A stretch of 64,000 bases of DNA from Perkinsus olseni (Eukaryota), in NCBI GenBank assembly GCA_013115125.1, contig JABANN010000007.1, positions 1 to 64,000 on the forward strand, read 5' to 3'. The notes below the pieces were generated by a model. It was given only the letters and a program-made list of their open reading frames with translations, had not been told where the DNA came from and did no database searches. The position numbers were made by a program, and so were the translations under genes. Each line of letters begins with the position of its first letter. The stretch's first letter is position 1. This document shows, one piece after another, positions 22,289 to 35,277 of the stretch.

Positions 22289-25200
22289 TCAGCCTTTGAC
22301 CTTGGCGAAGTTGAGCCCTCTCAGCTCGATACGCCAGTCATACTTGCCCAATGTTATTGGCGGGCGCTTGACCACAATGTGGAACCTATCAGACGATCGT
22401 CGCGGATGCCAAGATACCGAAAGCTCGCACCGAGGTGGGTGTGACAGTCCCATATCAGTGATGGTGAATAGCAAATCCTGCTCGCCGGTCGAATCGATGT
22501 ATCTGGTAACCGATGAATGCTCGTGTGTGACAAACTGAAATATACTTGATCTCATCTGGCGCAACGGTGGAGCCAACGAAGACGAGCCTCTCCACGCCCA
22601 GCCTCATCTGTGGCCATCCCGACAGCTTCCCGTGGATTCGCGTCGGTCTCCCTTTGTCATCTAGTGTGTCGTGGAGAGGGATACTCAGAGGCTCAGCCTA
22701 GGAAAAGGAAGTTAACTCTTAAAGATAACCGCGCGCCGAGGATCCACTTTCAATGTCCTGTAACGATAATCGAACTTCATGTAGAGGAATTCCCCCTTCA
22801 AGTGCTCGTATCCGTCGCCGGCATCGATAAAGAGCCTCCCCGAAGCATGGGCCATCATACCACCCTCCGCGGGGTCTATGGCACAGTTCACGAAGACTGT
22901 GTACCTGCCGCATCATCAAAGCTACGAAGCGAACAGCAGGTCAGTAGTGCTTACGGGTCGTTGTCCATGGCCTGTGTGGACCTTCTTCTCCTCATCTTTC
23001 TGCTGATAATACTTCCAGCACGCACATACACAGGTACCGAATAAGCTGGCAGTCTCAGCTCGTGATCCAAGCCTCCCGTCTTCCAGTCAAACGTGTAGAA
23101 GTCATACCTAGAGGGGTCTATCCGTGTGGGCCAGTACTCTACGCCCTATCAGCTGATGGTAAAACTGCTGAGACTGCCCTACCATCCATCATGAGCATGT
23201 CTAGACTGAGGCAGATATACATGATCATTCATACTCCTCTCCACGGAGTGAGACACCGCCTTGACGAGGATATCATCGCCAACCTGATTCCTAATCTTCT
23301 TCTTCTTCTTCTTCAGCAGCAGCAATAACAACAGCTACGATTCCGTGTATACTCACCATGATGTGCGTATTCTGAGTCGCCTCCGAGAATGTGTTGATGT
23401 CATCATGATTATCAAACCATAAAGGACGTATAACGGGTCTCCCACCCAGCGAGTATTCCATAAACAAAGTGTACCACATAGGCATTAATGTATACCTCAC
23501 ACTCACGGCTCCCCTAACATGTTCAAGTGCCTCCGGCCCCAGCATCCATGGTTCCCTTCTGAGAGTATCCAAATGGGCATGGGCTCGATAGAAGGGATAT
23601 GCGAGAGCCCCCAGCTGATGCCATCGGATAAAGAGCTCATTAGTTGGGTTACCAAAGAACCCCGGCACGTCCGCACCCACGAAAGACATGCCATTCACAG
23701 CCATCGATAGGAGCATCGGCACGCTATGGGCCAGATGGACGAAGTCAGCCATGTTGTCGCCGGTCCAGATCGGACCATACCGATGCGAACCAGTGAAGAA
23801 GCTTCTTGACAGCACGAACGGTCGACGCTTACCTTGCGATCGAGCCAGCATTCCTTCAGAAGAAGCTCGATGGACATACATACCATACAAGTTGTGCAAA
23901 TCTCGATGCTCCACATTCGAGTGATGTATCACATCACGCGGCATAGTCATCTCAGGACCGTCGAAAACCGATGGTTCATTCATATCGTTCCATATGTACA
24001 AGTCCTCACTAGAACCCTTGTACTGAGTGAAATTGAATAGTTCTGACCAAATGGCTCTGACTGCCACATCACTGAAGTCGGGGTACTTGGAGTTACCGGG
24101 CCAACATGAACCCACGAAAGGCGAACCCTTCTTGGTTTGCACGAATGCCTTCTCGGCCTCGAACTTCTCATATACACTGTAGTCATCATCCACTTTGATG
24201 TGAGGATCAACAATGGCCACCATCTTCCTCCTCGTTTTAACCACACTTTCGAGCATCTCTTCGGGGTCGGCAAATCTGTCCTTGTCCCAGGTGAAGTAGC
24301 GTTTGCCATCAGTATGTTCGATGTCCAGCCATAGCACATCAAGCGGGACATCATTAGCATCGAATCTACACGAAAGGAGTTGGATCAGCGCGATTACATT
24401 AACGAACAATATACTTCTGGTTCACTGTCTTAACATCAGCGATGTCGTCGTAGTTCCATCGGCTCTGATGCTTGCCCAAAGCGAACATCGGAATAGTAGA
24501 TGGGAATCCTGTGACGGTATGGTACTTGTATAGAACCTACCGATCAATTCATCCGAACGCCCTCAAACCATCTGCCATATTACCTCGTAGGGCTCCAGAC
24601 CCGTAAGGATGAACATATCAATTATCCCTGATTCCGACAGGAACCAAGACTTAGCGTCGTGAAGAGGCTGGTGGATCTCCTTCTCATGATAATGTGGGGT
24701 ATCAACTGAATACGGGAAAAAGAACCATCATTGCGTGATTAATGCCGTGAGAAATTCCAGCCTCCACTCGAGTCGAGGCCAGAGGACCGACTCACTCACC
24801 TTTCACGAATGTTTCCGACGGGTTGTTCCAGAGCAATCCGCTAACAAAAGGTTGGTCGAAGTGGGCCTCGTGATCAGGATCATCTTTGTAGTGGAAGGAA
24901 AGGAGGAAGGGCGACCCACCATACAAAGAGGTTGGCGAGTCAACCGGATACCTAGGAAGCAAGAATCAGTCGGACGAGCAGCGTCGACCACGGCACGACT
25001 CACTCAAAAACGTCGGTGTTGTAAATCCTATATGGGTCGTCGAAGCGCGGCAGGTCAAGGCTCGTCGAGTGACCGGCTAGGCCGTAAGCATGTCGGGATG
25101 CCACCATAGTCACATCAACGCCAACAGCAGCTGGCCCGCGAGGTTTAGTGTCAGTAAACGAGTTGAATGTTTCTTGCCACAAATCAGATGTATCTGGAAG

Positions 25201-26157
25201 AGAAGACACTCGTTCGATATGGTTACCTGTAAGTTGCGGACCAATCTCAGTCGCATCTGCGACACTGGTGTCTCCCTCTGCCTTAGCCTGAATGGAGCCT
25301 TCTGCCTTCCGACGATAGACTTCAAAATTCATAAGCCCGTCCTTGTTGACACTTATCACCGGCTTATCGTTGTGGGACCTGGCAAAAAGCGCTTAGACCT
25401 CAGAAGTTCCGAACGTGCCTCACAAGCAGAAGCAACCTGAGAACATCAACCTACACATCAATTTGGACGGGGTCAAATCCAATATGAACTTTACAACGGT
25501 GCCGAGGATCCGTCGTCACGAGAAGTGTGACACCTCGGTCGTCCTGCTTATACCTATCAAAAATACAACGACGCCATGATTATACTGCCATAACGGCTCA
25601 CTGACTTACTCGACTTCTGCCCATGATATGATCGGTAAGGAATCATCCATCACGACGTCGTTCTTGGGTATTCGGTACCTGTATATCGCCATGCCGGAGC
25701 ACGTCGCTAGTCATGGGCATGCCTAGGGAAAATGGGGTCTCTTTCATCTACTGTGACACGGACAATACCACACCGCCCGACGATGTCCTTGTGGAGCTGC
25801 ATCTCCAACAGGAGGAGTGTCGAAGAGTCGTACTAAAAGTAGGAAAGGCTTCGAATACGATGAGCCGAGCCACATCGGCCTACTTTGTTATGGAGTTCCA
25901 ACCTCATAGGCTCGGTCTTGGTCGGCCTTGATACTTTGCTATCGATGTACCAGGCGCCTTGCCACTCTCCGGCTTGACAAGTCTGTGCCCGATCAACCCA
26001 TTTGCGAAATCGACGACAGAAGGAGCCCTAGCAGGAGCAATTACGAGTCTCAGGTGACCCGCTGTCCTACCTGGTCGCATCTTCGGAACTTCCTGGCGTC
26101 CTCACCGTACACGGCGATAGCAGCCGAGGCGCAAAGTAAAGCGAGAATGCAAACCAT
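22289..26157 (-). CDS. GANAB: Glucosidase II alpha subunit (GH31), multi-exon
   Basis: Signal peptide then KFRRCDQ; WLDIEHTDGKRYFTWD, WNDMNEPSVF, WTGDN, GADVPGFFGNP, RAHAHLDT.RREPW. Confidence 0.95.
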
Positions 26158-26562
26158 GCTGCTGGCCCCACTTCCGATGACGGCAATGGAGAGAGGAGCA
26201 AGATTTTTGGGCGAGCGCTATTGTATTAGCGCATAGTGCACACCGAAAGTTGAGTCCACAAAGCTGCTTAAGACGCAGCCTTGCGGGCTCTCCTTGAGTG
26301 AGGGATCTAGTCCGCCAAGCGTCTCTTCTATACCCTCATCTCTCTGGAAGGCCCCTAAGGTGAGAGGTCTGTCCGTGAGACGTCTCACCTCAAAGGAAGT
26401 CCCGTCGTTGACGGAAGTTTCCACGAGGATACACCCTCCTTCTGCTGCCGGCAGTGATTCTCTACATACCAATGTCTACTTCTGTAGCGCACAAGCGCAG
26501 GCTCTTCGCTGTAAGAGTGCACGATGCTTGTTATTATAACGTACTTAACTACTGTCTGGCAG

Positions 26563-28146
26563 GGATGCCTGACGATGTGTAAAGCAGCTCCAACAGATGG
26601 AGACGCCTTCGAATCCGAGCCCGAGGAAAGCGACGACGACACTCTAGGCGAGCTACCACCGGTATGCTCTCGACCTCAAGCGGCGCGGTGAATCTTCGTG
26701 GGTTTCCTCAGGGATTTTTCGATCAAGTGCCCAAGGGCCCTCGAGGCTCAGTTTCCGCTGAAGCCTACGGTCAATGGAATGTAAAGAAGCTATTCAATCC
26801 GCCTATTCATCCAAAGACTGATGATCAGAAGAGGCGAATTAAAGAAGTATGCTATCTGAACAATACTGCCTTCCAGTCGTGACAGGGTGGGGGAGTATCC
26901 AGCTTGTGAAGAAACTTCCATAGGTACTATCACAATCTTTCATGTTTACTTCTCTCGATGGCGAAGATTTGGAATCCGTCATTCTGGCGGCTGAGGAGGT
27001 GATCATTTGCTTATAGAATACATCTATACGGTACTTGTTAGGTGGCCATTGAGTCTGGCAATCGGATCATCAATCAAGGCGAGGATGGTAATCACCTTTA
27101 CATAGTCGAGAAGGGGCAACTCGATTGTTACAAGAAATTCCCAGGTGAGCCTTTGTTCCTCGGAATTGGTGCTTATCAATCCGGTGTGGCTGGACCCTCG
27201 CAATCCGACGTCCTTTCCATCCAGACGGGGAGAAGAAAGTGAAGACATGCGTTCCTGGAGATTGCTTTGGCGAACTATCCCTCTTGTACAACACACCTCG
27301 AGCCGCCAGCGTAGAGGCTACCGAGCCCTGCACTTTATGGCGTTTAGACCGGGAGACTTTCAATCATATTGTCAAGGTATGTGTGGTTATCAAGCGTCGT
27401 CGGCCTGTTGGGACGTCCTTTTCTGTAGGAATCTGCATCTCGTAAGCGCGTCCGCTATGAAACCTTTCTACGCTCCGTGCCCGTCTTCAACTCTTTGGAC
27501 GCCTACGAGCTATCGCAGGTGGGGTGACCTGTTTCACGTGGGTTGACCTCGGCGATTATCCCTTCACTCTCGAAAGGAATAGGAATGATATTCGATCGGG
27601 TTGCTGTCATCAGTCATATGCAGGTGGCTGATGCTCTGAAGACTGAGTCGTTCACTGCTGGACAGACCATTGTGCAACAGGTGAGGCTTGAGGTTGCCAC
27701 AACAATGATCAATCATCTGTGTCAGGGCGAGCCTGGAGATCAGTTTTATCTAATTGAAAACGGCACCTGTCAGGCATTCAAAGATGAACAAGAAGAAGCA
27801 GTGAAGGAGTAACTCGGCATCGTTCTTCGGATCGATGCCTTCGTAGCATGGTGTAGACCCACGCCATTCGAGAACACTCGACAGATCCGAACAGAGCCGC
27901 TCGTTCCATTTGACAGTTACAAAGTCGGTGATTACTTCGGCGAGCTTGCTCTGCTACGCGACGCTCCACGAGCAGCCACCGTGAAGGCGACGAGTGATGT
28001 GGACTGCCTAGTCATCGAACGAAGAGCATTCAAGCGGTAATCTGATGGGCTTCAGTCCGTTGAGTGTGGATGTCGTTTATTATGTTATCAGGCTGCTTGG
28101 GTCTTTGGAGCAGATCATGGCTAGAGAGTCGAAGGCCTACAAGTAG
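26563..28146 (+). CDS. PKAR: cAMP-dependent protein kinase regulatory subunit, multi-exon (an upstream exon is likely)
   Basis: [10 protein letters not shown] inhibitor site; two cNMP domains, [16 protein letters not shown] and [19 protein letters not shown] at 28144-28146. Confidence 0.93.
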
Positions 28147-28284
28147 GCCAAATCCGTTCATGCCCGTGATGTGTTAAAGAATCGCTGATGTTCCTCCCCT
28201 CGGATTTTTCGTTTTGAGTTGGATGGAATCATCCCAAATCGCGAGTTGGGGATCATGAAGCAATACTTGCGACAACGCAACGCA

Positions 28285-29750
28285 TTAGTAAATACACTTG
28301 AAGCCTCGAAGGGAAGGAATCACCATCACTCCAGCACTCCCCACTCTCCCAGCCAGCCTGTAAAGTAATGCGTTGAGGATATCTGTCGATCCACATCCAA
28401 CATAAAAAAGTTCCGTAAACACCAGTAGCATCAAATGTCCAGAACTTACAAGATCCTGGTATACCTGATGAAGAGACCCGATCTCACAGAGTTTGATCCA
28501 GCGACTAGTTCGGCACGTCAGCCTTGGAGGATCGAAAAGATAGTTGCAGCCGAGGAAGGCACTCACTTTACCTATAGAATCCTCATACGTAGAGCAATGC
28601 TTCTGGCATTCAGCTGCGGTGTCATGGAAAGGCACCGTCGTAACTGCATCATCGTGGCCCCAGCCTCGAGCATTAGCTCGACGTGTTGTACAATTAGACC
28701 TCCCTCGATTGGTGGAGGAGAGAACCGCCGGGTACTGAGGAAGCCAGTGGCTTCAAGCCACGACAGTTTTCGAATTTTCTAATCATTTCTAATCGCTTGA
28801 GTGAGCAACCTTCAATGGTGGAGAGAAGACTCACTCGAGACAGTCCGAAGACGTCTGTTCGACCGAATACAACCAAGTGTCTGCCATGATGGCCGATCAA
28901 CCGATAATTAGAGGGAAGCCGGATCTCGCTATAGCGGCACTGGAACGTCTTCCACCTAGATAATTCTCCGTAGGGCAAGGCAGTTGGACCTGAGTAATGT
29001 CATATAGCTGAGGCGAGCTAGCTCGAGTACGAGTCGCACTGTCACGGGATGAACCTTCTGAGAGCCTACTCAAATTGTCTCCGAGTTCCTCTCCCGAACC
29101 AGCGCCTGTTATAACAAGCTTTGGACGTATCTGTCGATGAAGAAATCGTCCTCGATACGCTGCTGTGTAGCATCGAGGAGCCCTCGCGAGCCGTTTGCTG
29201 TGGGCCACCGCGGCTCACTCCTCCTCCAGAGAAGAGCTCAGGCAACAGCTGGCAGCCGATCACAGCCAATGGATGCATGACAAGAACGTCTGGCGATCGG
29301 TGGATGATCTGCCTTCTCCATCCAGAGTCCAGGTGACGATATAACTGAAGTGATCAACGGAATTCGAACTTTGCGAAATCTCGAGCAAGGTCAGGGACAG
29401 TTTGATAGCAGTGGAACTTGGAGATCGGCGTCCGCGTACTTGCTTTCTTGTTGTGAAATCCTGTGTCTTCGATATTTTTGATCTCCGTTTCACCGTGTTG
29501 CCTCGACGTCGATCTTCATCACGAAACGTGCACTCAAAAGGAGCTGCATCGGCCTTCAGACGGTATTCGTAGTATCCGTAACCGAGCCGCTCGATGAGGC
29601 AGACTGAAGGATCGTGGCGCAGGGTGTATCTGCTACGAGCTCTCTGGGCGCGTCGCAGTAGAGTAGTTTCGGATTGCAGATAGTCGGGAGTCGTTACTGT
29701 AATGATTCCTTAGGTTCCCCTTCATCTTCGCAATCAACCTCATCCGTGCT
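28285..29750 (-). CDS. Possible hypothetical multi-exon gene (boundaries unclear)
   Basis: Chain of short minus-strand open frames separated by intron-like segments; no domain recognised. Confidence 0.3.
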
Positions 29751-30144
29751 GGGCCGGATGACTATCAGCTTATGACTCAGAGGTGGCCCATTTGGCGTCG
29801 ATTCGATCCTGAGTGAGTTTTCTCTTCTCGCTTTGCCTGGTGAGAGACTACGAATTGCGCTACATCTGGAGCAGCCTTGTGATTGATCCTATATGTCCAG
29901 CTCTGGCATCATGGAGTACGGTGCAGAGGAAGATGAGTGGCCACAAATGAACCATGGAATTTACTAGACTCGATGGTTGGGATACCGGCGTTTATGGTTC
30001 GACTTAGGCCTGCCCGTGGGCGAAAGTGAAACCACCCAGTCAATGGCAACGCTAGGACAAACACCAACGCGTAAGCTATAGCATCGAAACTATCTGTGAT
30101 TCGGTAGGTGACAACGGTGCATGTAGGTAGCTTAATCTCTCGAG

Positions 30145-31629
30145 TCAAATCATAACTTCATAAGCCTCCGCTTTCTCGGCTTCCTGAGGGTCTGCGGCGC
30201 CCAGCCAGAGATCCAGGATAGCCTCAACCTGATTTCTGGCAGCTACCATATCAGGTGTGTCGTTGTTCGACGGAGCCTTCATCTCAGAGTGGTGAGCTCC
30301 ACTGGGGATCATGATAGCTACTATAGTTTCCGACAAGTTGCTAGTAACCGCACCTGCCGTCCAGCCGTCCGTTCCGCCGTTAACAAACAGCACACGAGAC
30401 GTTATCTTGGGCAGCGTGGACTCGTCGAAACCCCAAAGGTCATTGAGTCTATGCTCTCGCGTAGAATCTGAAAAATTACGGAAGGCACGGCTACCGAAGG
30501 ACTTTTTGCAATGTGCATTGAGCCACCGATCCACAGAGAACTTCCGTGATGGGAACATATCAGATGGAAGACCATAGGTGGAAATATGTTCGACTAGCTG
30601 AGTGCACGTCTGCCAATCCCAGGACCGTCCAGCTTGTCCGATGCCACAGCCAGTCCAATCACCGCACGAGGCCGAGTAAACACCATTCTTATCGGGCGAG
30701 GGTAGATGCCGAGCAACGTCCAAGCAAGTATCACCCTTGGCCATCGCCTTGAAGACGCCTTGGATGCCCGACTGCTCCACCGTGGTGCACAACTTGTAGG
30801 TCAAAGAATTGCTGTCAGGTGGGTAGCTGGCCATGTTAGCACCGGAGAACTCTATTCGAACCATCTGCAGTAGTTCCTCGAGTAGATCATCCTCTGATCC
30901 AAAAGCTTCTGGATTGCAGATGCTCAGTTCATCCTTGGCCTGCTCAAAGGTCACGCGATCACCGTAGCGGTTGCGCAAGTCGTCGAAGGCTCGAATAACC
31001 GAGGCGGAGCAATTGGGACGGATTCTGTCGGCAGCGTCAGTGAGAAGGCTGTAGTATCCGCCATCGTAGGGAGCCTCCTGCGAGTAGAACCTACCAGGCG
31101 AGCTCGATGCATAAGCAGCATAGACCAATTTAGGGTATCGCAGGCGGAAGGCGAGGGCCAAGAAGCCGCTATAGCTACCACCAACAGCAACAACTCTGCA
31201 TCGCTTAGCACCCTCAACCGTCTCTAGAGTGTTTTGTAGAATGGTAGCGTGGTCCATGAGGCTCTGCTCCACCGATAAATACGGCAGGGACTCCTCGTAT
31301 TTAGGGGGTACCGAACTACCGTAGAACCTGTGCTCGCTCTCGATGACAAGACCGTTATTTGCTTCGGCCAACCGCTCCGAGATGAAGGGATATGCGACTC
31401 CCGACTCCGGAAGAGGGCTCTCCCCACCCATGATGTAATAAATAACGCAGTGATCCTTAGCAGAGTCATAATACTTAGTGCACAGCCAATAGTGCACCGG
31501 GAAGGTTGCCTGATGGCCGCCGGCTAGAGAGAAGTGATCCAGAGGCATATCTAGGGTGAGGAGCTCCTGATCGACCCCCGCGGCAAGCGCAGCAGCTACT
31601 AATAGCAGCGACAAGACACATGGAAGCAT
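30145..31629 (-). CDS. Serine carboxypeptidase family S28 (prolylcarboxypeptidase/DPP7-like), intronless
   Basis: Signal peptide, LDHF, GGES, EHRFYGSS, GGSYSG nucleophile, WDWQTC, NGGTDGW, GAHH. Confidence 0.93.
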   Translation of the reverse strand: MLPCVLSLLLVAAALAAGVDQELLTLDMPLDHFSLAGGHQATFPVHYWLCTKYYDSAKDHCVIYYIMGGESPLPESGVAYPFISERLAEANNGLVIESEHRFYGSSVPPKYEESLPYLSVEQSLMDHATILQNTLETVEGAKRCRVVAVGGSYSGFLALAFRLRYPKLVYAAYASSSPGRFYSQEAPYDGGYYSLLTDAADRIRPNCSASVIRAFDDLRNRYGDRVTFEQAKDELSICNPEAFGSEDDLLEELLQMVRIEFSGANMASYPPDSNSLTYKLCTTVEQSGIQGVFKAMAKGDTCLDVARHLPSPDKNGVYSASCGDWTGCGIGQAGRSWDWQTCTQLVEHISTYGLPSDMFPSRKFSVDRWLNAHCKKSFGSRAFRNFSDSTREHRLNDLWGFDESTLPKITSRVLFVNGGTDGWTAGAVTSNLSETIVAIMIPSGAHHSEMKAPSNNDTPDMVAARNQVEAILDLWLGAADPQEAEKAEAYEVMI

Positions 31630-32772
31630 TGATGGAGGTGATGTTAGAAGCTCTTCGACAATAACAACACTACTGATGATGAAACCGAAACTTGATCGTA
31701 AGAATGCTCATCCAGGACGCACGAATACCAAACACAGTAGGCGGATTAGAGAGAGTATAGAGGGTTACGAGATAACAAGGGAACCCAATAATATCACTAT
31801 CATCTCTTGGGGAGACAACGCAACGCGCAAGATCATGCACCTCAACGTCTATTTTGAATAACCCACTAGCTCAAGGACGGGAGTGAGGGTCCATCCATCA
31901 CTAGCGCACATCGCAAAGCTCAAGGTGTAGCGAGAACAGGGAAAAGCGTTTATAGGCGTTTATCATACGCGGGCGGTGCTAGCAGCAAATTCTAACCACT
32001 GCCCAGGTGTTCATAGAGGCATCTTAACCTGCTTCTCCCATCACCAACTCAACTTTGCTTAGATTTCATGTTCACTCATCGGCGCACTCATGGAACCTGG
32101 TATCGGGGATCCTCGACGCAGTGGATCAGGCCAGCGAGATTGATGCTCGTCACGGCCATCAACAGTCAGCTGTGCTACTCGCACGGCCTCCAGGCGTTGA
32201 AGCAGAGAGGCGCGCGAGGGGCCGAAGCTCCAGGGCGATCGAACAATGCATCCTCTGAGGAGGGATGTCTGCTAGGCGTGGTTCATCGCAGTACCCCGAG
32301 AACAAATGCATGTATGATTAGCATCACGCTGCGACCTGCATCCACGCAACAGGATGATAATCTGGACATCTGGTCGTTGCTCGATCTCCGCACAAGGGCA
32401 CGAAAGGACGTGCCTGTTGAGGGAAGATTGCGGCGGCTGCAATGTAGCCGACACCGTCATTCTGCCGATCCCCTGTTCCCAGAGGCGCACTGCAGCCCAG
32501 AGGCAGTATGCGAGGGTTATCGATGATGTGACTACTGAATTAGTAATCACAATACTTATTAATTGAGCTTGAGCGTGAGATTGATGTCAGGCGCGAAGTA
32601 GGTCCGAGCGTACGTTCGGCCATCACCCAGACAAAGAGCACACCATCCTCGTTCAACTGCTGCCCTTAGAAGACGTTAACATAACGCAAGAGCCCAGTGG
32701 ACTAAAAGTTAGTACTTGTTCCGAGAAGCTCCCGGAATACCGAAAGACTACTTAAGAACGAGTAGTACAAAG

Positions 32773-33639
32773 TTAGACAGAAGACATAAGCACAATGGCT
32801 CGTATTGCTGCATGTACACCATCCAGAGTACCCTCAATACGAGCCAAATGACAGTTATTCTTTCCCGACTGGATATCGATCTCTACATGGCAGTTCTTTG
32901 ACAGCCATGCAAATAATGCTGGTGGTAAAACGTTGCTGCATTCGAAAACAATATTACAGAAATGAGCATCCACCAAGCCATCAATATCACCGGGGAGAAG
33001 AGCCAAGGGATCGTACACAAGTCTTACTGTATTAGCTAAGTGAGAGCGGTCATTCTGAACAGCTAGGGCAATGGATGCACAGGTTAGTGAAGTGAGCCTT
33101 CTATCACCACCATGCTTAACGACAGATACTTCCATAACGGTTTCCCCTTCATGTTGCAGCACAGGTTCGTCAGATGCTAGACTTGCATCAACACCCCGTG
33201 CGAGCTCCATGGATGCAGGACTGCCCAAACATACGTAAACTGACTCAACAGCGATGTCAGCCAATATGTAGTCACAGACGAGCTTCATTACCACGGTCTT
33301 CAGTGCCTCCAGACTGGGGGCGGCTATAACAAGCACTCGTAAGTTCGAATTAGCAAAATATGATCCATAGGGGGACAACTTCATAGCCGCCAAAGTCTCT
33401 TTTTCCAGACCAATGAGAGTCGAACCACCATGCCCCATTATAACCCCGGCTGTTGCTTCAGAAATAAGCATTTTAAACCAGAACGGCCCGGCCTTGAACC
33501 GCTCGTCTCTCACTCTGGCCGCCAGCTTTGCCCTTGCTTTGCGCTTCCTCGTCGAGCGAGAAGGTACACTTTTGGTACCTTGCTGCCCGAATGCCGCGAA
33601 ATCAGCCATCCCAACATCGAGGAGGATAGGGCGAGCCAT
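32773..33639 (-). CDS. KH-domain RNA-binding protein, intronless
   Basis: AGVIMGHGGSTL (GxxG loop); second degenerate KH at the C-terminus (IEGTLDGVHAA); basic N-terminal patch. Confidence 0.75.
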   Translation of the reverse strand: MARPILLDVGMADFAAFGQQGTKSVPSRSTRKRKARAKLAARVRDERFKAGPFWFKMLISEATAGVIMGHGGSTLIGLEKETLAAMKLSPYGSYFANSNLRVLVIAAPSLEALKTVVMKLVCDYILADIAVESVYVCLGSPASMELARGVDASLASDEPVLQHEGETVMEVSVVKHGGDRRLTSLTCASIALAVQNDRSHLANTVRLVYDPLALLPGDIDGLVDAHFCNIVFECSNVLPPALFAWLSKNCHVEIDIQSGKNNCHLARIEGTLDGVHAAIRAIVLMSSV

Positions 33640-35277
33640 CTAAACTGGATGGGATGAAATTCGGCGACAGTCGAGTACATGCGTGCAGGTGACACGCGTC
33701 GAGTTGTGCATGCGTGCAAGACCTCGAATGCGTCACTCAGGCAACGTCAAGGGTTTCAAATCATGATAGAATGAAGGCTCAGTGTTTGCTATACCATATA
33801 AACCTGATAGAGGACCGTGGGCATGCATCATGCATGTAATCAGAGCAAGATATGCCCTGCAGCTTGAGGTTACCTCAACGTCACCAAACAATGCGCCTGA
33901 TGTCTCGCTCGCCCGGAATTGTGAGGACCGAATCACCGGCTTGGACATCACCCCTATATTAATGATTCCACGAACTAATCCTGATGAATGACCTGTCCCT
34001 TTTGGCCTGACATACGGTCTTTCAAGCGTTGATATGTGCCTAAGGTGCGCAGACCGTGAATCTTCTTCCGTGACGCGGGACAATGTCGTGGCCTTAAAGC
34101 TAGCACACATGTATCCCATTCCTTGTATGCAGAGGTCTACTGTGCTTGGGAATCCGCTGAGAGGCGTAAGTTGAAGATATGCTCAGTATCGATTAGATCA
34201 GGACTCAAAAGCTAGCCGTAGGCTTGAATACCTCCATAACATGAGCTTTAAAAACTGATCCGCGGGAACCGGGGCTGCCCAGGAGTAGTGATCGAGGCGG
34301 ATATTGGCACAATCTGCCCTCGAGAATGATGAGAATTCACCCGTAACCAAATGGCTGTGAATCACGGCTATTTGGTTCCGGGCTACCTAGTCTCACGAAT
34401 CGTGACCCCAAGTGTGCCTTGCGGAGGCGCACGACTTCGTGCCGGTGAAGGGGTAGCCTTTGTTGACGACACCAGCGGTGATGGAGAGTAGAAACTTATC
34501 TCACACTGCGTATTACTACGAGTCCGAGTAGTGGGTGCGAGTCGACTCTAACCATAACAAGAACACAGCGCTCCAAGCTCCCTCAGAAACGTTCACTCAT
34601 ATACACTTCGCTGTTAGCGGACTTGCCTTTGAAGCGTAAAATGTTTAACCCTGAATCAGAGACAGTCCATAAGCTATGAAGCATGATGAAAACAAGACGC
34701 GGCACTGCCACAGTGGCCTTTACACGCGGTGGTATGCATGAACTAATAAGAACGAGGTGGTAGGTCAGGGAACTAGGGAAGACCCCACAGAGATTAAGAT
34801 TCGCCGCACCTCCAGAATCGTAAGTAGTGTGGTTAACGTTCTCACTCTGCACCAAGTCTTACCAAGTCGGCAAGCAGTCTGAATGGAACGTTTCCTTCGA
34901 TTCTCGGCATTTCCCCTCGTCCTAAAAAGGTGCAGTCGTAGTAGCCTTGACGCGGGAAAGACCCGTCACGGTTCGGGCGGGCGGAGTGCGCTCACTTCAT
35001 TGTTGTCGGTAAGGCATTGAAAAAAATCGTCGCGTGCTTTCCAGCACTTCTCCCTCCTGGCTACTCCCTTAACTGTGGCTTCAGGTGGTGATGTAGATCG
35101 TGGATCCATAGCGACGCACAGCTACTATGATTACCCGACTAACTAAGCCAAATACGCAGCATCCCTTATGCGAAGGGTAGCAACCGGAACACCACTCCTC
35201 ATGATTAACACAGACAGTGATAGGGTGTGGAGAAAGCGACCTGATTGCCCTGGCACGATAATTGGATAGGATGATAA

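Noticed and set aside
31691-31711. Possible very degenerate SL relic upstream of the S28 gene
   Set aside because: It needs several gaps and mismatches and is not distinguishable from chance.
34345-34360. SL-like CAGCCATTTGG on the minus strand
   Set aside because: Too short, lacks CTCAAG, and is explained as one arm of the hairpin.
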